From: Octopus bimaculoides
Lineage: Eukaryota
Direction of reading: 5' to 3'
DNA length: 46,317 bases
Assembly (NCBI RefSeq): GCF_001194135.2
Contig: NC_068987.1
Location: 89,119,828-89,166,144 of the forward strand
Below are positions 34,678-46,317 of the stretch, piece by piece. Under the pieces are notes generated by a model. That model was not told where the DNA came from and searched no databases. It saw only the letters and a program-made list of their open reading frames with translations. Each line of letters starts with the position of its first letter. Positions within the stretch are counted from its first letter, which is position 1. A program made the translations under genes and the position numbers.

Positions 34678-35870
34678 TTCTTTTATTAGCCACAGGGGCA
34701 TAAATGAGGGGGATATCACACGGACGATCAACAATTTGTGTGAAGGTTTACATGAAAGACGAGGAGAAAGTAATGGAAAGCACAGTGAAATGCGATAAAA
34801 GTATATATAGTGTAAATAGTATGTGATAACATGTAGGTGCACTGCTCTTGATACCTGAGAAACCCCACCTGGGGTCCATAGAAGAACCCCACAGATCTAG
34901 GAATACCTTGGCCGCCAAAAGCATGAACCCTTGTCCAATTGTTGCTCTCCTGCCTACAGGTGCATACTTAGAGTAGGGCTATTCACCTTAACCCTTTTTG
35001 CCACAGTCACCCATCTTTTCACAATTTGACCAGGAAGTAGCACTTTTCTTTCCAAGTGGACAAGGGCTTGACTGAAGAGGAAAGTGTCTTCCCTTAATCC
35101 TTTCAGCCTCGTCCACCACACAACCCCTTTTGCCATAGCCACTAGACAGAGGAACACTGCCTGCCCTGCCTCGTTAAAAGTGGGTGCTGGAGCAATCCTC
35201 ACTATGTTTTTAGCCAAGAATTGAACTCTACCTACACACGGTAACAGCTGTTCAAAATAACTCCACAAAGTTGGCAATACTTGGATGTTGCACAAGTGTG
35301 GACTGGTTTCATCACTCTGTATGCATCTTGGACAGTCCTACCTTGCTTCCATGCCTGTAGAATTTATCTCAGACTGACAGTGCTCTTTGGTAGCACTGTC
35401 AGAGATTTCTGGAAGTTATCCATGGTAATACCAGGCCTGAAAGTCTTTTGAAGTAGACCAGCTGGTTCATCTTTGTTGACACCTTGGGTTTCCCTGAGAA
35501 CATCATTGCTCATACCTATCACTAGATTTCTATATATTGCTAATGTACGGCTTCCACTAACTGCATTTCCTGAGGGCTGTGAGTGCCTGATGACATTCCA
35601 GGTGCCAAGTACCCAATCTTGGTCTATTCTTGACCCAAGACTGCAGCTCAATCAAAAAGATGAGCTGCAGAAAGGTGTGTCTTACAAACATAGACCACAC
35701 CACTGTCCAGAGAAATCTGCAAGTGCTGTAACTGCAGCTTGTGTCTGTGCATCAGCAGCTATGCCATGCCAAGTGCCTTTTAGAGGGTACTGGCATGGCA
35801 ACAAAGTAAATGCCCCAGTCTGGCCAAACATGAACTGGGGCAAGGCACAAAGTACAAGAGCCAGGTAGTA
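34633..35870 (-). mobile_element. Decayed Tx1/L1-clade LINE 3' end (ORF2 C-terminal zf-RVT region, 3' UTR, tail)
   Basis: Minus-strand frames give DNFQKSL.., DKFYRHGSKVG.. and CPRCIQSDETSPHLCNIQVLPTLWSYFEQLL...FLCLVAMAKGVVWWTR. This is the CxxC..ET..H...C....W and AK..IW..R pattern of L1/Tx1 ORF2 C-termini, broken by stops and frameshifts. AATAAA at 34687-34682 is followed by an (ATT)15 tail. Confidence 0.8.
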
Positions 35871-36505
35871 AGTTAATAAGGTGATGTAAACATCTGCTAC
35901 CTCAGGTACTGTTAATAAAATCAAATCAAATAAAATAAAACTTGACAGAAAATATTTAAAATTCCAAACAGCAAAACCCCCTCTTAACCCGTCTCTCTTC
36001 ATTCCTTTTCCCTTTTCACCTATTTTGTTTTCTGGTTTGTTTTCTTCCTGTTTTTTTCCACTTCCTTTCCCCCTGTTTTTGACCTCCTTTTCTTTTCCTT
36101 TTCTCCGCCAACGCCTCATATTGCATCCAAAGACAGAAATCCCGTTAATATATATATNNNNNNNNNNNNNNNNNNNNNNNNNNNNNNNNNNNNNNNNNNN
36201 NNNNNNNNNNNNNNNNNNNNNNNNNNNNNNNNNNNNNNNNNNNNNNNNNNNNNNNNNNNNNNNNNNNNNNNNNNNNNNNNNNNNNNTATATATATATATA
36301 TATATATATAATGTATAACTTCCATCAAAAATTTTTACTCGTAACTTGCTTGAAGGATCCTGTGAACAAACTCCAGGGTAGCCAGAGACTGACTTAAACA
36401 AAATAAAAAATATTATTTCTCTCTATTATGATATTGAGTACTTTTTCTTTTGACAGTCAACACTAAACATGTGTGTGTGTGTGTGCATTTATAGATACAT
36501 GTGTA

Positions 36506-36536
<31 letters not shown>

Positions 36537-37110
36537 CTATGTAAGTATGTATGTATGTATGTTTGTATGTGTGTATGCATGTATGTATGTATATGCACAC
36601 ATGCACATACAGAGAGAGAGAGATACATTTCCATCTGTTTCAACAAGAATTTTTTGCATTACAATGGTGTATATTTGGGCTGGGTTTTTTTATAGAGTTC
36701 TTGGGCTGTATGATTGCCAAAATCTTAAGCTTGCATTTGCAACCTTAAGAAACAACGCAATAATATGTCAAGGATTATATTATCTTTTAGAAAAATTGTG
36801 AAATGAAATAACATAAACCTAATTTCTGATATTTGTTTGCACGCTTTACATATGTTTATATTCAGTTTTGGAGAAATAAATTTATAAAAACATTATAACA
36901 TAGAAAGGTAATAATTTAAGGAGCATGCTACAATTGTGTTCGGTGTGAATTTGGTAATTTATGCCTACATAATTCCTTATTTTAGGTATGTTTCCATGAA
37001 TAAAATACATTTAAAATTCTAACCTGCATACTCAAATATTTGTCGGAAGAGAAGTGTCTATTTCTATCATACTTACAGAAAAAAAAATATGAAAACATAT
37101 GGTGCGTGTT

Positions 37111-37141
<31 letters not shown>

Positions 37142-37787
37142 ACGTGCATACATATATGTATATATATATGTATATGTGTGTGTATGTGTATTTATAATAT
37201 ACACATACATATACACAACAAATATCCATATATAATATTCCATCTGTTTTCATTTTTTTCTGTGGGTATATAGAAATAGGCAGTTATGTATCTATACATT
37301 TTTGTGAAAACAATATTAACTTGCCAAAATTCTTTAAAGGAAAAGAATCTAATGTGTTGTAGTTGAGAGGATGAGGGGCAAAAGTAAGAGAGAAAAACGA
37401 AATCAGAGCTTAAAATATATTAAATATTGAATTTCAAAATTTATGATTTCAATAATGACATACATTAATTTGTTTTTTAAATTCATAGTTTCCTATTTTT
37501 ACTTTTCTTTTTTTATTATTTGATAAAGGGTTGGATAAAGTGCCCTATGGTATATTTTTTCCATCTCTTTTAAGCCTCAATTCACATCTTGCTATTGTCA
37601 GTTTTGTCGTTTATCCTTCCTTAGATGATAAAATAAACTGCTGATATAATTGATATAATTGGTTGTTTCGTTTCTCAAAGATTTCTGCCCTTATACCGAC
37701 ATTAGAAATTATTATTTCATTTTTTTTTTTTTTATAATTTTATCTTCCTTTCCGTCTGTTTATCAAAATTCAGTAAATGTTTGGTTA

Positions 37788-38145
37788 GGCACAAGCATGG
37801 CCGAGTGGTTTAGAAGCTCATTTTGCTACCATGGGTTTTCAGGTTCAATCTTACTGCATGGCACTTTGGGCAAGTGGCTTCTACCTAAGCTTTGTGAAAC
37901 TGTGTAGAAGCTTATCACACACACAAACACAAATACATATTTGTGTCTTTGTGTCCTTATCCTCTGTTGCTTGACAACTGGTGTTGGTTTCTTTACATCC
38001 TTGTGACTTAGTGGTTCAGCCTAAGAGACCAATAGAATAAGTACCAGACTTGGAATATAAATGGTTGGAGTCGACTGTTCGGTTAGACTCTTTATGACAG
38101 TGCCCCAGCATGGCAGCAGACTGGCATAAGTAAAAGATAAAAGAC
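37788..38145 (+). mobile_element. SINE family B copy
   Basis: Head GCATGGCCGAGTGGTTTAGAAG, CORE-like segment and an AAAAGAT tail. Confidence 0.8.
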
Positions 38146-38214
38146 AGAAGATAAAAAAACTTGCTTAAGAAATCCCATTTGTATTTCTGAAAAGTATTGA
38201 AAAAAAAAATTGAC

Positions 38215-38490
38215 TACCCACCACCCGTGCCAGTGGCACATAAAAAGCACCATCCAAACGTGGCCAATGCCAGTACCCCCTGACTGGCCCCTGTGCCGGT
38301 GGCACGTAAAAAGTACCCACTACACTCTCGGAGTGGTTGGCATTAGGGAGGACATCCAGCTGTAGAAACCTTGCCAGATCAGATTGGAGCCTGGTGCAGC
38401 TGCTGGCTTGCCAGTCCTCAGTCAAACCATCCAACCCATGCCAGCATAGAAAGTGGAAGTTAAACGATGGTGATGGTGATAATGATGCTA
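38215..38490 (+). mobile_element. Family C copy with two GTGCC-hairpin modules
   Basis: GTGCCAGTGGCAC at 38227 and GTGCCGGTGGCAC at 38294. Confidence 0.85.
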
Positions 38491-39467
38491 AATTATTTAA
38501 GGGACTTTTATTTTAAATTATTCTGGATTTTTTTTCTCCTCAGAATATGTTCCAAATTAAAAAGTTGATATAATTCTTTACTTCTGAACTGTTGCTTCAA
38601 TGAGCATCCTCATATTTTTAACCTCATCTGTTGTGTTGTATAAACCATCATACTGAGAAGTTTGGCAGTTTTCCTCATAATCTTGTGTTCTGTTTGTGTG
38701 TAAGCAGGCACAGGTGTGGCTGTGTGGAGGCGCAGACATGGCTGTGTGGTAAGAAGCTTGCTTCCCAACCACATGGTTCTAGATTCAGTCCCACTGCGTG
38801 GCACCATGAGACTCATTTACAACTATCATATGATGTGAGGACAAGGAAACGCAAGCATACACACATACACACTCAAACATACATATACATAGGACAGGCT
38901 TCTTTCAATTTCTGCTGACCAAATCCACTCGCAATATATTTTTAACATTTGCTAGTTAGGACACATCAGTAAACATTGAAAGATAAAATTCTTCCTCCTT
39001 CTTTTTCTCTCTCTCCCCTCTCACTCCCTTTCCTTTTTTTCTTTGTTAATCTTGGAGGGTCTGCACCCATCTAGATCTACAATAAAATCATCATTATACT
39101 TAATGTCAATATTTCAATGTAGATCTAACTATTTTGAATTCAGAATTAGTAATAATTTGATAGAACTAATGAATTTCTGTATATAGTTTGTATTTTGTCA
39201 TATTAATCATGATGTCAGACTTCAAGACATATTTCCTGAACATCTGTGACCACAAGCAAGACTAAAATTATTCTAGCCTCTGCATATCTGGCAGAAAATT
39301 GGCACGGTTCCTATCTTGTACTGCATAGTTAATCTCAGAGAAGTATGCAGTGCAGCATAAATGTGTTAAGAAATATAAAAATACCCCAAATTTCAGATTT
39401 TTTTCTCATCACATGCTAGCTTCACATAATGAATATAAAAGTGTGATAGAATTAATACAATCTAGAT

Positions 39468-39815
39468 GCATGTGTGGCTGTGTGGTAAAAAGTTGGATTT
39501 CCAACCACATAATTTTGTGTTCAGTCCCACAGCACAATACCTTGGGCAAGTGTCTTTTACTACAGCCCTGGAAATCCATCATGTGTATGTACGTGTGTGT
39601 GTTTGTGTTTATCCCCACCCCATACCATCTGACAGCCAGTGTTGGTTTGTTGATGTTCCCCCGCTTCCATAACTTAGCCGTTTAGCAAGAGAAACTGATA
39701 GAATAAGTATCAGGCTTTAAAAAGTAAGTATTGGAGGTGATTTGTCAACTACTCTTCAAAGCAGTACCCTAGTATGGCCACAGGCCAATGACTGAAAGAT
39801 GCAAAAGATATAAAA
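39468..39815 (+). mobile_element. SINE family B copy
   Basis: Collinear with 8341-8729. Confidence 0.8.
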
Positions 39816-40509
39816 TAAAAGATTTTTGAAGTTAGAATATAATTTTATTTTTTAAATACTAAGCAATAACCGTGAACAAATATTTGTTTTTCATTTTACA
39901 ATCACTTAAACAAAAGCATCTCAATAAAAATAAATGACATTCAGAATTTATTTATTTCGTTTTAAATAAAATCATGGTGAATAATTCTTTACTTTCATGC
40001 CTTTCATTCATTAAAACTATTTGAACTCGTTTAGAGGTTGTATTATTTGCAAATCTTGTCAAACTATAATCAGATACCACTAACAAATAACAGTAACTGA
40101 ATCATAAATGGTGATTCCAAAATATATTAAAATAATTCAGAAATGTAAATAATATTGGTATGTAATCTGTGTATTAAAACATTAATTTTTTGTTAAATTA
40201 TTTTGTATTTAAAAATGTTCCTTTGTAAAGAAGCACTGGAACACATTTCTTTGGCTTGATAGCCATTATGGGAGTTAGACTGTATGTAAAAGTTATCCAA
40301 AATATACAAAAATACTTTGCATCTCATTAACATGTGGCAATACTTAAAAATACACTTTAAAAACAAAAAATCTTGTTCTTTTTACTCTTGTTTATCATGT
40401 CACGTTTTCAAAAGTGAATGCTTATTGTATCCAAATCTGTATTGAATGCAACTCGTTCAATTAATTAAATATTTGCATGTAAAAAGCATCATCTGAACGT
40501 GACTGATGT

Positions 40510-40790
40510 CAGTACCCACTGACTGGCTCCTGTGCCAGTGGCAGGTAAAAAGCTCTATCCGAATGTAATCGATGCCAGGCCTGCCTGACTGGCTTCTGTG
40601 CCGGTGGCACATAAAAAGCACCCTCTATACTCTCAGAGTGGTTGGCGTCAGGAAGGGCATCCAGCTGTAGAAACTTTGCCAGATCAGATTGGAGCCTGGT
40701 GCAGCCTCCTGGCTCTCCAGACCTCAGTGAAACCATCCAACCCATTCCAGCATGGAAAGCGGATGTTAAATGACGATGATGATGATGATT
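40510..40790 (+). mobile_element. Family C copy
   Basis: Two modules plus the conserved 3' end and (GAT)n tail. Confidence 0.85.
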
Positions 40791-41165
40791 TTCCAAAAAT
40801 CAGTCAACAGAAAATCAGTCAACTAGCTGGAGAAATCACGCCTCATTATCTTAAACAGAATAGACACATTGGTTAATGAAGTTGATTGTAATGTCTTTGA
40901 ACAGAGGTCTTCCAGGACTAAACAACAACTTAATTGTTATTGATGCAATATAAATTGTTTCAGAGATAATGGGAAAGTTTATTTTAAACATTTAGACATT
41001 GCTAATTTTATGCATATTATTATCTCAAATTCACAAAGCTTTTCTTTTTAACTATGATTTTCAAAAAGAATTGATGTTTGTTCATTTCTTTTATATCTCT
41101 GTTTTGAATTTCTGTTTTATTCATTTATTCATTTATTTATTAAATATTTACATTTATAATTTCAG

Positions 41166-41260
41166 CTGAGCGGAAAACTTCTCTTGGGAAAGAATGGCAC
41201 CCAAGATGTCTACGTTGTGACCAATGTGATAAAGTTTTAGTACCAGGTCAACATGCTGAA
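41166..41260 (+). CDS. CRIP1: Internal coding exon of a cysteine-rich intestinal protein (CRIP1/CRIP2-like) LIM-domain gene
   Basis: ttcag|CT GAG CGG ... GCT GAA|gtaagt, 95 bp, phase 1 to phase 0. It encodes (A)[31 protein letters not shown], about 20/32 identical to the recalled human CRIP1 segment [32 protein letters not shown]. LIM ligands H, C, C and C are retained. Exact orthology within the family is unresolved. Confidence 0.92.
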
Positions 41261-41547
41261 GTAAGTTCAGAGAATTTCTTTGAAGAATTTTAGTGCCATT
41301 GATACAGTGTCTATGTTTACTTAATTACCCTATGTTGTATGAGGAACCTGTACACCCCCATGATGGGCTAAGTGAACTATACTAATTAGTATAAATGAGC
41401 ATGTGCAGAAGAGTCTGAGAAGAGTGTCATATGTGCAGTCATAATGTGCAGGTCGTAGGAATTATTGAATAGAGATATCGTGGAGTGCTTGTTGAAGATA
41501 CATAGTTCGGAGAGTAATAAAAGAACATCAGAAACGTCTATTATAAC

Positions 41548-42130
41548 AGTGGCACCTTGGGCAAGTGTCTTCTACTATAGCCTCGGGCCGACCAAAGCCT
41601 TGTGAGTGGATTTGGTAGACGGAAACTGAAAGAAGCCTGTCATATATATATNNNNNNNNNNNNNNNNNNNNNNNNNNNNNNNNNNNNNNNNNNNNNNNNN
41701 NNNNNNNNNNNNNNNNNNNNNNNNNNNNNNNNNNNNNNNNNNNNNNNNNNNNNNNNNNNNNNNNNNNNNNNNNNNNNNNNNNNNNNNNNNNNNNNNNNNN
41801 NNNNNNNNNNNNNNNNNNNNNNNNNNNNNNNNNNNNNNNNNNNNNNNNNNNNNNNNNNNNNNNNNNNNNNNNNNNNNNNNNNNNNNNNNNNNNNNNNNNN
41901 NNNNNNNNNNNNNNNNNNNNNNNNNNNNNNNNNNNNNNNNNNNNNNNNNNNNNNNNNNNNNNNNNNCGATGCTGGTGTGTTTACGTCTCCGTAACTTAGC
42001 AGTTTGGCAAAAAGAAACCAATAGAATAAGTAGTAGGCTTACAAAGAATAAGTCCTGAGGTCGATTTTCTCGACTAAAGGCGATGCTCCAGCATGGCCGC
42101 AGTCAAATGACTGAAACAAGTAAAAGAGTA
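41548..42130 (+). mobile_element. SINE family B copy spanning an assembly gap
   Basis: GGCACCTTGGGCAAGTGTCTTC... resumes after the Ns at CGATGCTGGTGTGTTTACG and ends in AAAAGAGT. Confidence 0.85.
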
Positions 42131-42204
42131 TATAACAGTGACGACAAGTCGTACGTCATATCACCCTAATTAATCATTTCTGCTCTAAGCACAAAGCTTG
42201 AAGT

Positions 42205-42370
42205 TTAGGGGAGGGAGCAAGTTGATTACATCATCCCCAGTGCTCAACTAGTATCTATTTCATTGATGTCGAAAGGATGAAAGGCAGAGTCAACCTCAGA
42301 ATGCAATGACAAATGAAAAGCCATTAAGCATTTTCTCTGGAGTGCTAATGGTTCTGCCAGCTTGCTGTCT
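42205..42370 (-). mobile_element. SINE family A, degenerate
   Basis: Contains GGATGAAAGGCAGAGTCAACCTCAG. Confidence 0.7.
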
Positions 42371-42589
42371 TACTTACCTTAATTAATAGAATGGTAAATA
42401 TCTAATACTGAAATGAATGTAGGGAACCAGAGGCCTTAAGGTGGCTCTCTTTGTTGTCTTACCATTTTGATGCTAAATGTTTTTGGGAATCAATTTGCAT
42501 TTCATCTTTTTTGTGATGAGAAAATAAGTACCAGTAATTCTACAGGGTGAAAGATTAACTAGATAAAGAACAAAGATGTAAATATAATC

Positions 42590-42950
42590 TTTTATCTTTT
42601 ACTTGTTTCAGTAATTGGACTGCAACTCTGCCGGGGCACCATCTTGAAGAGTTTCAGCTCCCAGTCCTTATTCAAAGTCTAATACTTATTCTATTGGTCT
42701 CTTTTGCTGACCAGCTAAGTTACATGGACACAAACACATAAACACTAGTTGTCAGATGGTGATGGAGGGACAAATACAAAGACACACACAATGAGCTTTC
42801 ACACGGTTTCCGTTTGCCTAACTCACTCAGAAGGCATTGGTCAGTGCAGGGATGTAGTAGAAAACACTTGCCCACCATGCCACGCAGTAGGACAGAACTC
42901 AAAACCACATGGTCGCAAAGTGAGCTTTCTAACCCCACAGCCATATCTGT
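42590..42950 (-). mobile_element. SINE family B copy
   Basis: Reverse-complement match to family B. Confidence 0.75.
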
Positions 42951-43174
42951 GCTTAAGTAGAGATATATGTATATAAATAGTAGCAGACTGAAATAAGTAG
43001 TAAGGTTGATATTATTGACTAAAGCCTCAACCACTGTGCCCCAGCTTGGCCACAGTCCAGTGACTGAAACCAATAAAACAATACAAGGATAGAAGAGCAG
43101 CTGGTTGTTTACCATATTTGATGATATAAAAGACACACAAGCATATTAGACACACTCCAATTTCATCATCATAA

Positions 43175-43370
43175 TCATCACCATCATCATCATCATCGTC
43201 GTTATCATTTAACATCTGTTTTCCATGCTGGCATGGGTTGGACAGCTTGACAGGAGCTGGCAAGCTATAGAGCTACAACAGGCTACACCAATTGTCTGTT
43301 TTGGCATGGTTTCTATGCCAATACAGAATGTTCTGGGTGCTTTATACATGGCACCAGCCCACTCCAATTT
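43175..43370 (-). mobile_element. Family C copy
   Basis: (CAT)n followed by TTTAACATCTGTTTTCCATGCTGGCATGGG. Confidence 0.8.
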
Positions 43371-43690
43371 TAGTACTGCATTTTCAGGAAAAGAAGTTTT
43401 TTCTAGCAATAACGCATCTAATATAGGCCCATGTTTACATATGGGACCCAAGGTGATGTTCTTGAGACATCTGTGGGGAGGTGGAAGTGCCTTCAAGTAT
43501 TGTAGTTTATTCTTATTGTTCCAACACCTAATTAACCCTCTTTAACTCATTGAAATGGTAGTTCCTACTAGTTGTTTGTGTTGTTATTAATCTCTTACTA
43601 ATCTTCATCTTGATTAAATTCTCCCACATTTTGTAGGGTTTACAAAATCCAATGATATAAATTATTTTGTTTCTAGCTTTCTTTCTCTCA

Positions 43691-43742
<52 letters not shown>

Positions 43743-43817
43743 NNNNNNNNNNNNNNNNNNNNNNNNNNNNNNNNNNNNNNNNNNNNNNNNNNNNNNNNNN
43801 NNNNNNNNNNNNNNNNN

Positions 43818-43881
<64 letters not shown>

Positions 43882-43934
43882 CTTTATGCTCTCTCTTTGC
43901 TATTTTCCATTGTTACTCATACTCTCTTGCTCTC

Positions 43935-44230
43935 TCTAACTCTCTCTCTCTTTCTAACTTACTCTCCCTTTTGTCTCCACCTTCCTTGATCTCCTCCTAC
44001 CTCTCCTTATCCTCTCCTGCTGTTTTCTCCTCTCTCCCCCTCTCACTATCTCCATATTATACACTCTCTTGTCCTCTCTCTCTCTCTCTCTTTCTCTAAC
44101 TATCTCTAACTTATTCTCTCGTTTGTCTCCACCTTCCTTGATCTCCTTCTACCTCTCCTTATCCTCTCCCTCCTTTTTCTCCTCTCTCTCTCTCTCTATC
44201 TCTCCATATTACACACTCTCTTGCCCTCTC
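43935..44230. repeat. Tandem duplication with ~152-bp period, CT-rich
   Basis: TGTCTCCACCTTCCTTGATCTCC occurs at 43972 and 44124. Confidence 0.85.
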
Positions 44231-44534
44231 CCTCTTACTCTTTCACACATCCATGTGATTTTAACAGGGAAATAATTTCTGTTCCTCAAGGTTTCAGCCA
44301 CAAATGTTAAAGTTATTAATGTTGACAACAGCAAGACAGTAAATTACAGGTTTAGGAAGAAGACTTGTGTGAGAATGTTTTTGTTTCCCAGAGTAAAGTT
44401 TTATTTATCCTTTGTGTGTTAGTTTTTGCTGGATATAGTTTGACCCATGCCATCATGGAACACGAACATTAAATGATGACGATGACGATGATGATAGCAT
44501 GGAAACTCCATGAATTCGCTCTAACCCTCTCCAC

Positions 44535-45010
44535 TCCTCTCTCTTCTTGTTGATGCATATGCGCATGCACACACATACACATACACACACATGCACATTT
44601 GCACACACATGCATGCACATATGCATACACACACACAACCTCTCTCTCTCTCCTCTTCCTATTGATGCATGTACACACATATGCACACATGCACATACAC
44701 ATATACACACACATGCACATATGCATACACACACACAACCTCTCTCTCTCCTCTTCCTATTGATGCATGCACACACACACACATACACACACATTCTCTC
44801 TTCTCTTTCTATCAATGCATGTATGCACACACACACACACATAATCTCTCTCTCTCTCTCCCTCCTCTTCCTATTGATGCATGCATGCACACATGCACAT
44901 ACACACACAAACTTTCTCCCTTTTTCTCTCTCCTTCACTCTCCCCCTTTTCTTCTTATCAATGCATGTATGTACGTACACACACACACATACACACACAA
45001 CTCTTCTGTC
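44535..45010. repeat. Minisatellite of variable-length units built from (CA)n/(CT)n blocks
   Basis: The anchor CTT(C/T)CTAT(T/C)(G/A)ATGCAT recurs six times. Confidence 0.85.
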
Positions 45011-45563
45011 TGTCTGTCTGTCTCTCTCTCCTCTCTCACTCTCTCTCTCTTTCTTTACACTTCCCATTGGGCTGGGGTGTCACCCTGATGGTTTCTTAGG
45101 TGGTTATATTATTAACTCCAGGATTTTCCATGTTATTTACTTTATCGAACTTGCAGCAGGAGGAAAAACAAAGTCAACAAAAGAAAGAATGATATGGATT
45201 AAATGCCACGAGGATTTTCATCACAACATATACCACACAACACCCATATGCACACCCAACAGACTACCTCACAGTTTCCATTTACCAAACTTCACTCACC
45301 AGGCTTTTTATTTGGCCTTCTCCCTATAATAAAAGAGATTTTCCAAGGTGCCATACATTGGAATTGAACCTGGTGCCACATTATTGCAAATTAAACTTCT
45401 TAACCACACAGCTATGCCTGTGTGCATAATGTGTGTGCAATATATGTTATATAATATACATAATACTCAAATCATGTGTATTTAATCTTGCTCTGAAATT
45501 AGCCTCTCAGGGGCCTTTTAAGGAGCTTTGGATGACGATCAAGCTGACTAGTTTGGGTGTTAT

Positions 45564-45776
45564 TTAACCCTTTTATAACCATATATCCGTTGAAATTCGT
45601 TGCCTTTCTTGCAATTAATTCTGAAAATAGCAAAGAATTTAGTGAAATAACTTTGTCATTATTAAGCTGTATTTGGAATATAAATGAACATAAAATTTTG
45701 ATGAGGTTTTAATTTAAATCACATTAAAATAGGAAATTTGCATTAAAGACCCGGAGGTTGGTATTAAACGGGACAA
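45564..45776. mobile_element. piggyBac-type MITE, second family
   Basis: TTAA|CCCTTTTATAACC ... GGTATTAAACGGGACAA, an imperfect inverted match. Confidence 0.45.
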
Positions 45777-46317
45777 CAATTCATTACGATTCATTCACCT
45801 CTCCCTTGTAAACTGCCGATAAGAGTAGTGGAAGGCTACTCATTAAATTATGATCAACGCAGCTCATTTACATAATGGTGAGAGGTTCATTGCCTGACAA
45901 CACAGTGTGGATTCAGGGTTAGTAGATCAATTTCATAAAAAATAGCACAATTTTCTATCAGTGACTCCTCTCCCTGCCTTTGTTTCCCACTCACTGTAGA
46001 GACCCCTATGTCCATCTGACACCCATCTCTGTCACTGTAAACGCCCCCCTGCCACTCTGCAGATCATATCCATAATTGTTTGATCTAACGGTAAGTTTAT
46101 TATGCTGCTGCTCTTTTCTCTTTCCATCCTGCCATTCATGACCTCCTCCTTGAGCCACTCCTACATCTCTTTCATCTTCCCCTCCCCCATACTGATATCT
46201 ACCATTGACCAAAGCCCCACCTTGGTCCACTTTTCTCCTCATCTCTAACCATGTGTCATTCTTCTCACCCACCCACCCTTCCCAATCCTCTGTATTCTAT
46301 CTTATATTCACCAGGCT

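Noticed and set aside
44453-45329. 204-aa and 260-aa ORFs
   Set aside because: Low-complexity translations of CA/CT repeats with no domain.

Overview
AT-rich, repeat-dense eukaryotic scaffold with ten N-gaps, several of them flanked by (TA)n or (CT)n. It is most likely an octopus (coleoid cephalopod), inferred from the SINE families and microsatellite load. The only firmly supported host coding sequence is one 95-bp internal exon of a CRIP-family LIM-domain gene (41166-41260, +); no matching first or third coding exon was found. The rest is mobile DNA: the 5' end of a mariner element with an open transposase frame, a decayed Tx1/L1-type LINE 3' end, about 35 copies of three SINE-like families, piggyBac-type MITEs, a Tigger-like remnant and a Helitron-like element. 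The most interesting signal is a set of Penelope-type minimal hammerhead ribozyme motifs. One is nearly textbook (30868-30915). Two more sit in the inverted arms of a TSD-flanked element built around a tRNA-derived Pol III head (16886-17333), a candidate ribozyme-bearing SINE mobilised by Penelope-like elements. Five long fold-back structures are also present. All calls come from reading the sequence by eye; no searches or folding programs were run.
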